37,547 nt of DNA from a virus. Its lineage: Duplodnaviria; Caudoviricetes. Positions 8,730 to 15,503 of the stretch are shown here, piece by piece. A program made the position numbers and the translations under genes. Below the pieces are notes generated by a model. It worked only from the letters and a program-made list of their open reading frames with translations, did not search any database and was not told the DNA's origin. The DNA is taken from the IMG/VR virus record IMGVR_UViG_3300018080_000343, positions 1 through 37,547 of that record; one strand, given 5' to 3'. Numbering within the stretch: the first letter of the stretch is position 1; every line of letters starts with the position of its first letter.

Positions 8730-8914
8730 TTTTTGATTCGATCACGCATGTATCGCAACAAGCCGATCAAATTCTGACGAAACCGCTGTCTTCCTTCACG
8801 CTTTGAATCTGCTTCGGGGAAATGTGCAATGTCGTTGTTCAAACAATCCCACGCATTTTGATTTTCGACGAGAAAATCAAAGTCAATATCAATCAGGTGT
8901 TTATCGTACAGCAT
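8726..8914 (-). CDS. hypothetical protein
   Basis: 62-aa ORF overlapping both neighbours in the operon. Confidence 0.5.
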   Translation of the reverse strand: MLYDKHLIDIDFDFLVENQNAWDCLNNDIAHFPEADSKREGRQRFRQNLIGLLRYMRDRIKK

Positions 8915-10223
8915 CTTCCAGCTCCCTCATTTTTTCGACGGCCATTGTCTTGCGTTTCCACAGGTGCGACTTGCGGCACCAGTCGCTTAGCGTCTGAGGT
9001 TTCGCGATGCAAACACAGAGTTGTTTGGCCCGACTGATTCCCGTGAGAACCCAGTGCCGATCGCATAGCCACTTAGCCCCGCTGCTTTCATCGCCGACGA
9101 CGAAAACAACCGGAAATTCTGCCCCTTGCGATTTATGGCAACTTATCGCATACGCCAATTCCCACTTGCCGGTGTCATCATCACCGCTGCTTCGCGGCTT
9201 ACTCACTCGCACAAGTCGATCTGGCGTATCAAGCTGGCAGATCGTGTTGCCGCCGTCAACTTCAATCACACGGGCCTGCTCGCCGTTGGCGACGTACACC
9301 CGCCGCTGATCATTCATCTCTTCACTGGGACAGCCAGGGGCAGCGAGATACCAGCCGTTTTTGCCGCACACGATTTTGTCGCCTTCGCGGTACGGGTTAC
9401 CCTTCGCCTGCTTGCCGGTTGGATTGAGATAGCCTTGCAGCATCGGGTTGAGTTTCTTCCGGCTGACTTCTGATTTTTCGTTGAGGGGCACAATCACCTG
9501 AGCATGCCAGATGGGGTCAACAACATCCTGCGACCAGTCCCATGCCGCTGACGTTGGATCGAGCCAATCGCGTAGCGCCTGCGTCTGTTCTGCCGGATTC
9601 TTCCACTCGCGATCAACGTGCAGATTCTCGCCTGCCGCCAGGTCGATTTCTGGCGAGTGTTGCCACTTACCTTCTTCCGCTATCAGCTTGCAGGTCTTCA
9701 CAATCCGGCCGGCGTTGCGGTGGATTTCCGTGAGGTGTCCACGCGGAACTCCCAACGCAATCATATCGCGGAATGGGGCACCGTGACCGACTGGCGGTAG
9801 CTGGTTCGGGTCGCCGATAAACAGGACATGGCCACCTTTCCGCCGTGCTGCCAGGAGGGAAGCCATCAGCGACGAGTCAATCATGCTCGCCTCGTCCACG
9901 AAGACAAACTGATGAGGTAGCGGGTTGCTCCGGTTATAACCGAAGTATCCGGCACCCTCCAGGTACGTGTAGGCGAGCAGCCGGTGTATCGTGGTGCAGT
10001 CTAGCCTGATGCCTTGCTCGCCGAGTGCTTCGGTCATTCTCCTGGCAGCCTTACCAGTCGGTGCCGCCCCCGCCATTCCGCTGCTGCCGTTGCGTTGGCG
10101 TAGCTGGCGGATCAGGTGCCCAAGGCAAGTAGTCTTGCCGCTGCCGGGTCCGCCGGTGAGTAGCCCCACCGTGCCGATGGTTGCGGAGTTGAGGGCGTCG
10201 AGTTGGTGGGCGGTTAGTTGCAT
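8901..10223 (-). CDS. recD2: RecD2-like SF1B helicase, C-terminal (motor) half
   Basis: Q motif LTAHQ, GGPGSGKTT, AAPTGKAARRM, TIHRLL, VDEASM, GDPNQLPPVG, LTEIHR, AYAISCHKSQGAEF, TGISRAK. Confidence 0.9.
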   Translation of the reverse strand: MQLTAHQLDALNSATIGTVGLLTGGPGSGKTTCLGHLIRQLRQRNGSSGMAGAAPTGKAARRMTEALGEQGIRLDCTTIHRLLAYTYLEGAGYFGYNRSNPLPHQFVFVDEASMIDSSLMASLLAARRKGGHVLFIGDPNQLPPVGHGAPFRDMIALGVPRGHLTEIHRNAGRIVKTCKLIAEEGKWQHSPEIDLAAGENLHVDREWKNPAEQTQALRDWLDPTSAAWDWSQDVVDPIWHAQVIVPLNEKSEVSRKKLNPMLQGYLNPTGKQAKGNPYREGDKIVCGKNGWYLAAPGCPSEEMNDQRRVYVANGEQARVIEVDGGNTICQLDTPDRLVRVSKPRSSGDDDTGKWELAYAISCHKSQGAEFPVVFVVGDESSGAKWLCDRHWVLTGISRAKQLCVCIAKPQTLSDWCRKSHLWKRKTMAVEKMRELEDAVR

Positions 10224-11206
10224 CCAAATATGTCCCCAATATCATTCGTTCGCTGCAACCCGGCGACACGTTCGGCGACAGCGTAGCACTCAACACCTCA
10301 CAATCCCAAACCAATCATTCGTTCGCTGCAACCGGCAGGTCCTCTGGTACGCGACCTGCCAGGGCGATCTCACAATCCCAAACCAATCATTCGTTCGCTG
10401 CAACACCGATGAGCCAATGGCCGATGAAGAAACGCTCCTCCTCACAATCCCAAACCAATCATTCGTTCGCTGCAACTAAATCGGCGGCTGTTCCACTGAC
10501 TGTCGACCATCAGACTCACAATCCCAAACCAATCATTCGTTCGCTGCAACGCAGACGCGAAGCCGAACGCGAGCCGGAGTTCCACGCTCACAATCCCAAA
10601 CCAATCATTCGTTCGCTGCAACTTCCCCGATGGCAACCATCAATACTACCGCCAATCCAACTCACAATCCCAAACCAATCATTCGTTCGCTGCAACTACG
10701 CGACGCGTGGGGGCGTCTGGCGGACATACCCCCTCACAATCCCAAACCAATCATTCGTTCGCTGCAACCGAGTCATCGTTCGGGGTTCGATCACCCAAGC
10801 GAGCCTCACAATCCCAAACCAATCATTCGTTCGCTGCAACTTGCGGCCTGCGATAAGGGCTCCATCCTTTAGCCGGCACCTCACAATCCCAAACCAATCA
10901 TTCGTTCGCTGCAACCATCACAAAGGTTACTACATCAGCGTACTGCGGAACTCACAATCCCAAACCAATCATTCGTTCGCTGCAACGCGAAGGAAAGCGG
11001 CTTGCAGCGATACATGCCCGCCTCACAATCCCAAACCAATCATTCGTTCGCTGCAACAAGCCACGTCCGCGCGGCGGCGGCGTCCGCCAGTCCCCCTCAC
11101 AATCCCAAACCAATCATTCGTTCGCTGCAACCTCCCTAAACGTAGCCGGAACCTCTCCGGAACCTGGCCGCTCACAATCCCAAACCAATCATTCGTTCGC
11201 TGCAAC
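10224..11206 (-). CRISPR. CRISPR array: 13 identical 36-nt repeats plus one degenerate trailer repeat, 13 spacers of 35-39 nt
   Basis: Plus-strand repeat CTCACAATCCCAAACCAATCATTCGTTCGCTGCAAC starts at 10297, 10369, 10441, 10515, 10587, 10661, 10733, 10805, 10880, 10951, 11022, 11096 and 11171; partial copy at 10241-10259. Transcribed sense inferred as GTTGCAGCGAACGAATGATTGGTTTGGGATTGTGAG because the degenerate copy is distal to the effector gene. Confidence 0.98.
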
Positions 11207-11488
11207 TCCGTCGCCATAAGTCCTTTCGCCACAACGGGCCAAAGACATACTTGCGAGAGCCCCCTGCCGATTGGCACCTCTTCCAACCTTCCTTGCAAGT
11301 CCCAGCTTCGGAAACTCTTGCTCAGAAGGAAGTTCTGACACGCGAGCGGTTCCCGGCCTCACAAATCTACGGCACTGCTCGCAAATCGGTAACTGATCAG
11401 ATTTCACCATTTGCAAAAATCTTTTGCGCGACAGTCGCACCGACTTGCCACACACTTCGCATGGCAACTCACGACGAATCTTCGCCAT
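11189..11488 (-). CDS. small Zn-ribbon protein (CEVC...CEQC) overlapping the CRISPR leader
   Basis: ATG 11488 (MAKIRRELPCEVCGK) with GGGAG upstream, overlapping the effector stop; the frame stays open through the leader and stops inside the first repeat. Confidence 0.5.
   Translation of the reverse strand: MAKIRRELPCEVCGKSVRLSRKRFLQMVKSDQLPICEQCRRFVRPGTARVSELPSEQEFPKLGLARKVGRGANRQGALASMSLARCGERTYGDGVAANE
11207..11330 (-). promoter_or_regulatory. putative CRISPR leader
   Basis: Lies between the effector gene and the first perfect repeat, at the opposite end from the degenerate repeat; boundaries approximate. Confidence 0.5.
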
Positions 11489-12614
11489 TGTCAATATCTC
11501 CCAGTCGCAATTTGCGAACCTTGACTTCGATTCCACGACGCGCTGCCGCATTTTTCAAATCGTCCAGCCATCGCGTCCAGTTCCAAGTCAAGCCGTTTGC
11601 CTCGAACCAGCATTTTTCTTTGGTTGGATTGGTGGGTTCCAGGTACTCCAATACGCCACAGCGATGCCGCTCGCATTGCTTAACCACATCTACGATTGCC
11701 CGCCGTCGCACCTCGGTCACAATGTCGGCAAGTTGAAGATTGCGCTTCGATACCGCGATATCTATTTTCTTTCGTCCGTGCCCCGCCCCCATTCGCTGCC
11801 GATATCTCCAGCCAATCTGTTTTCGCACGCCGACTAAGCGAAGTGTCTGCGAAATCAGGTACCGTCCTGCACCAATTCCCCAGGCACGACTACGCCCCGG
11901 AATCTCTAGCGAAAACGGTCGCTCGATTTCTCCTTTGCCGATCACCGGTGACAATGTAGCTATTCGATCAGTATCAAGTTGTTCCGTTTCAAACGCGACA
12001 GGAATATACCAGTACCATTTCCCGCGACGCTCAAGCAATTTCGAGTCGGCTAGTTTGCGTTCACCTCTTGCCAAGTCATGGATAATCCGCTTAATGCCAG
12101 TCGGCACGCCCTTGAGTGAGATTGTAAAGTCCAGCGAAATCTGCAAACTATTTCGCATGATGTTGCGAACATGGACTTGCACATCGTCCTCAAAGACAAT
12201 CGTGGTATGTTTATTTGCGATAGGCACTGACAAATCCGTGTAAAATGCCGGCCGTTCCTCACGCCGCAGAATCGCATCTTTTCGTTTCGGTCTTTTGCCG
12301 TTATCCGCTACACCCTTTCGCCAATCTACCTTAGCAGCCAGGAAAGAATTGACCTGTTGGGCAATGTTGCTTGCAACATCGGTGCCAAGTCGCGGTACAG
12401 ACGTTGTAATTGCATGGTAAAGTTTTGTTGATTCCGACAAGGGCTTGCCTTGTCGGTTTAATTTCGCTTGTTTGGCTGATTCCTTCCGGCCGCGAGCCCG
12501 CAATAGCCAGTCTTCGCTGGCTACATTGCGGGCCTCGCGACACAGACGAGCAACTTCTGTCAGCTCTGCCGGCGGATCAGTCAACTTCAATTTCAAAACT
12601 GTTATTGACTTCAT
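11469..12614 (-). CDS. Cas12f/TnpB-like type V effector, predicted nuclease-dead and C-terminally truncated
   Basis: KWYWYIPVAFE (WED strand), LDTDRIATLSPVIG where RuvC-I (LDPDxxxGVDLG) is expected, GHGRKK, IVDVVKQCERHRCGVLEYLE (RuvC-II region), W...LKNAAARRGIEVKV; ends without the Zn finger or the RuvC-III D; adjacent to the array. Confidence 0.85.
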   Translation of the reverse strand: MKSITVLKLKLTDPPAELTEVARLCREARNVASEDWLLRARGRKESAKQAKLNRQGKPLSESTKLYHAITTSVPRLGTDVASNIAQQVNSFLAAKVDWRKGVADNGKRPKRKDAILRREERPAFYTDLSVPIANKHTTIVFEDDVQVHVRNIMRNSLQISLDFTISLKGVPTGIKRIIHDLARGERKLADSKLLERRGKWYWYIPVAFETEQLDTDRIATLSPVIGKGEIERPFSLEIPGRSRAWGIGAGRYLISQTLRLVGVRKQIGWRYRQRMGAGHGRKKIDIAVSKRNLQLADIVTEVRRRAIVDVVKQCERHRCGVLEYLEPTNPTKEKCWFEANGLTWNWTRWLDDLKNAAARRGIEVKVRKLRLGDIDNGEDSS

Positions 12615-13117
12615 ACCGGCATCAATTTCCCTCTCCGTTCAAGCTCGACGATTCGTCCCTCCAAAATTCCCCGCTGTCGCTCGCTCTCGTCAAGACGTTC
12701 GCGAAACATCGCAGCTTGCTCGCGATACTCTTTCACGTTCGCTTCAGCTTGATCCAGTTTCAACTGGAGTTCTTTGGCCAGAGCCTTCCAATTTGTCTTC
12801 TGGATTTCACCCGCTTCTTTCGTTGGCGTTGCCAGATCGATCATGGCCCATACGTTGTATTGATATTCAGCCCATGTCGATTTTTTCGGATTGGCTCGAT
12901 AGGCTCGAACCAGTTCTGATACCGATGGCGAACCGCCAAAATGCGCGAATTCCTCTTCCTGCAAATGATCCATCAATTGTCCTTCTCCTCCGAACTGGTC
13001 GACATACTCTTTGTCGGCCAGCAGTTCGTCAACCAGTTGCAGCATGCGAAAGATATTCTCTCGCGATTGTTTGGCGAGCTTCTTTAATTCTGCTCGCTTC
13101 TGTCCACTCGTACTCAT
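12611..13117 (-). CDS. unknown helical/coiled-coil protein, translationally coupled to the Cas12f-like gene
   Basis: 168 aa; ATGA overlap at 12611-12614; heptad-rich C-terminal third (WKALAKELQLKLDQAEANV...LEGRIVELE); AAGGA RBS. Confidence 0.8.
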   Translation of the reverse strand: MSTSGQKRAELKKLAKQSRENIFRMLQLVDELLADKEYVDQFGGEGQLMDHLQEEEFAHFGGSPSVSELVRAYRANPKKSTWAEYQYNVWAMIDLATPTKEAGEIQKTNWKALAKELQLKLDQAEANVKEYREQAAMFRERLDESERQRGILEGRIVELERRGKLMPV

Positions 13118-13157
13118 TTCATTTTCCTTTCAAAAACGAAGACTTAAAACAGGAACC

Positions 13158-13321
13158 ATCAATCAGACACAGCCGCTCGGTTTGGGATTTCCGCGTCCTG
13201 ACGTAATCCACATCGCGGATTTACGGAATTTGGCGAGAGGTCCGGCTGTCACATTAAGACCTCCGGCTGCTCGCCATTCGGGCTGTGAGCACCCGTTTGA
13301 CTACGGCTGTGCCTGATTGAT
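13158..13321 (-). ncRNA. putative tracrRNA/scaffold RNA
   Basis: 18-bp closing inverted repeat (13158-13175 and 13304-13321; the only mismatch is G-U on the minus strand), internal hairpins, 13-nt anti-repeat at 13177-13189 and a loop CUCACA (13284-13289) complementary to the repeat 3' end UGUGAG. Confidence 0.75.
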
Positions 13322-14283
13322 TGCTCCCACTTCGCCTCTCCCGCCAAACCAAAATCATCATCCAGTTCGTGCCAAGCGACATGAAGATCGGACACCCACG
13401 AAGATTCAGCGTCAGCTTTCGCTGACTCGGCGTACCATCGTCGCCCATCGCCATCCACCCGCTCGCGGATCATGTCCCGCTCGATTGCATCGGCTATCGC
13501 TTCTCGCACCTGGACAGTAGCTCCCGCGATCTTCGCGTCTAGCTCTTTGCGAATCACGCTTTCGAGAAGCCACGTGCTACCAGAAGAATCGGATTCAAGA
13601 GCGTACAGGGCACAATGCGTCTGCCGGATCAACGCGCCCATCGGCAAGCCAAGTGACTCGTATAGCCGATCACAGAGCAAAAACCCACAGCCGGCAAACC
13701 CGCGAAGCACATACGGATTGTCGCGGATCACCTGCACTGCACTTTCGCCCCACGCCTCGATGCATTTCTGCGAGGTTGACTTTGGAAAACCGCGATTTGC
13801 CAGAAGCCCCTCAACCTCAATCGTGATTGCTTCCAGTGCTTTTCTGGCAGAGAAAAACGACGATGCAGCCTCAACCGTCGTGACATTGAGGCTGCATCGC
13901 TTGGCCACGCTGGCCGGCTCAAGTCGCAATTTCTCTAGTGCCAGCTCTCCAAATTCTGCGACGATCTTGATTGCTGCTTGCGGACCGATGCCGTTTGCCT
14001 TTTGTAAATATCGCTGGATGGCTTGCAGGTCGGTCGGCTCAACCGGAGTAAACGAAGAAAATTGAAACTGCCGACCGAACCTATCGTGTGTTTGCACCCG
14101 CCCCAGAAACCGATACTTCTCACCCATGCACAGCGAGCCGGCCTTGGCATTTCCTACTACCGTTTGCCCGTCTCGCATTTTGCCAACCACCCAGCGATCA
14201 GCCGAATCGTCTTCGCCGATCGCCCGGTGTTCGTGGGAGAAGATCCCGATTAGTTCTTCGGTTTTTGGGGTTACGACTGGCAC
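13249..14283 (-). CDS. recD2: RecD2-like helicase, N-terminal half (OB-like plus HhH domains)
   Basis: HDRFGRQFQFSSF...IQRYL...GIGPQAAIKIVAEFG, VIRDNPYVL..FAGCGFLLCDRL, SGSTWL motifs of the RecD2/YrrC N-terminus; no P-loop; the last about 25 codons read into the RNA element. Confidence 0.85.
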   Translation of the reverse strand: MPVVTPKTEELIGIFSHEHRAIGEDDSADRWVVGKMRDGQTVVGNAKAGSLCMGEKYRFLGRVQTHDRFGRQFQFSSFTPVEPTDLQAIQRYLQKANGIGPQAAIKIVAEFGELALEKLRLEPASVAKRCSLNVTTVEAASSFFSARKALEAITIEVEGLLANRGFPKSTSQKCIEAWGESAVQVIRDNPYVLRGFAGCGFLLCDRLYESLGLPMGALIRQTHCALYALESDSSGSTWLLESVIRKELDAKIAGATVQVREAIADAIERDMIRERVDGDGRRWYAESAKADAESSWVSDLHVAWHELDDDFGLAGEAKWEQSIRHSRSQTGAHSPNGEQPEVLM

Positions 14284-14301
14284 TGTTTGCCCCTCGAAAA
14301 T

Positions 14302-14348
14302 AGTCTCGCCGCCGCAAAAGGAACTCAGGTAAAAACGACGGCGAGACT
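14302..14348 (-). terminator. intergenic stem-loop (terminator- or processing-site-like)
   Basis: Minus strand AGTCTCGCCGTCG-N21-CGGCGGCGAGACT followed by ATTTT. Confidence 0.4.
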
Positions 14349-14365
14349 CCAGCTACACCGCTGGC

Positions 14366-14920
14366 TCAAAAAAATCCGCCGTCATCATTCGTGTCCGGTG
14401 TCGCGTATGGATCATCCACCGCGTCGAGGTCTTTGACTTTCGATCGGTCAACCGGAATTTTCAGGCGGGCAACTTCTTTGTTTTCCGGGTGCCAAAAATT
14501 CGAGTAGGGTACTTTGGCAACCTGCTTGCCCTTGTACTTGCCCTGCTCCTGCTCCTCATTAACAACCTCGAAGCAACACACCTTGCCGTACAGGTCGTCA
14601 ACCTCGTAGTTCAGCCCCCGGTTTTCCTTTCTGGCAGCCGCAATCAAATCGGCCGTCCAAACACCGGTAGCAACCAGCAGAGCAGCACGCCGCGAGCGAT
14701 TGCCTTTCTTCGCGTTTTTGTGAATATACTCGCGGTGCGTCTGCCCGACTTGATCCGGCTTCGTTCCGCTGAGGATTTCCAGCTCGACGAAGAACGATTC
14801 ATCTCCGTCATGCACTTCCGTCACCTGGCCGAAGTAATAGCCGGGTGCAACCAAAGTGAAAGAGCCACCGCTACCTACGGTATCTTCGTTCACTTCGTCG
14901 TCAAAGTATTCTTCTGGCAT
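14366..14920 (-). CDS. putative single-stranded DNA-binding protein (DUF669-like)
   Basis: LVAPGYYFGQVTEV beta-rich core and acidic-aromatic tail DTNDDGGFF; start moved to ATG 14920. Confidence 0.65.
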   Translation of the reverse strand: MPEEYFDDEVNEDTVGSGGSFTLVAPGYYFGQVTEVHDGDESFFVELEILSGTKPDQVGQTHREYIHKNAKKGNRSRRAALLVATGVWTADLIAAARKENRGLNYEVDDLYGKVCCFEVVNEEQEQGKYKGKQVAKVPYSNFWHPENKEVARLKIPVDRSKVKDLDAVDDPYATPDTNDDGGFF

Positions 14921-14924
14921 TTTT

Positions 14925-15320
14925 CTACCTTTCAAAATCGTATGGTGATTCCACCGGTGTTTTGTCCTCGATCCCACAACGCAGGAGCAATTCGCAAATC
15001 TCCTCCGGCGATACGTTTCGGCCATCAAAGCCCGTCAATTCCGCCAATACATCGCGAAATTCCCATAAAGCATCCCACGCGTCGTTGTAGACGCACAATA
15101 ACGGCACGTTTTTGTGAGACATTCTAATCCAACGGATCGTAAATTCGCCCGTCGTTCCACCTCCAGGATAGTACATGCCGATTGTAATTTCGTCTACATA
15201 ATCGTGGTCACGGTGAAGGCGAGTAGCACCATACCATGCCCGCGATAGATGGATGAATTGACGACGACATTCAGCGTGCTTCCCTGATAGGGAAAATCCG
15301 ATAGTGTTCATAGATGGCAT
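14925..15320 (-). CDS. hypothetical protein
   Basis: 131-aa ORF in operon position with AAGG upstream. Confidence 0.55.
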   Translation of the reverse strand: MPSMNTIGFSLSGKHAECRRQFIHLSRAWYGATRLHRDHDYVDEITIGMYYPGGGTTGEFTIRWIRMSHKNVPLLCVYNDAWDALWEFRDVLAELTGFDGRNVSPEEICELLLRCGIEDKTPVESPYDFER

Positions 15321-15459
15321 AACACACCTTGCGATTCTCGCTGCTCTTTAAGCCGAGTTGAATCGGCAAGCCTAATTCGCGTTCCGCCCAACACCACGCG
15401 ACGGCGGCTACCTCGTCAATCGCCTCCCCCGTAGCCGCCGCCGCGTAAGCTACCGCCAA
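15271..15459 (-). CDS. hypothetical protein
   Basis: Short co-oriented ORF filling a gap; start uncertain. Confidence 0.3.
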   Translation of the reverse strand: MAVAYAAAATGEAIDEVAAVAWCWAERELGLPIQLGLKSSENRKVCYAIYEHYRIFPIREAR

Positions 15460-15503
15460 TTTGATGCTCCGCGGCCAGTCTTCCCAACCCAGCCAGGGAG
15501 AGG

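Noticed and set aside
10769-10804. Spacer containing GGGGTTCGATC, resembling a tRNA T-arm
   Set aside because: The stem is imperfect and the rest does not fit a tRNA; no tRNA gene was recognised in the window.
10994-11021. Partial match of a spacer to the radical SAM gene end (35536-35563, 21/28 nt; LQRYMPA versus LQRYLPA)
   Set aside because: A rough estimate gives about one such 17/21 core match by chance for 13 spacers against both strands of 37 kb; not accepted as self-targeting.
10409-11338. 309-aa plus-strand ORF and other ORFs across 9991-11298 with repeated LTIPNQSFVRCN or LQRTNDWFGIV peptides
   Set aside because: Translations of the CRISPR repeat, which has no stop codon on the plus strand; not genes.
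11469-12614. Interpretation as an ordinary IS200/IS605 or IS607 TnpB
   Set aside because: No TnpA or serine recombinase nearby, and the gene is linked to a real array and anti-repeat RNA with the Cas12f-type GHGRKK motif.
10224-13325. Group I/II intron or IStron explanation for the recD2 interruption
   Set aside because: No recognisable intron core or reverse transcriptase; the only structured RNA is better explained by its complementarity to the repeat. Not formally excluded without a covariance-model search.
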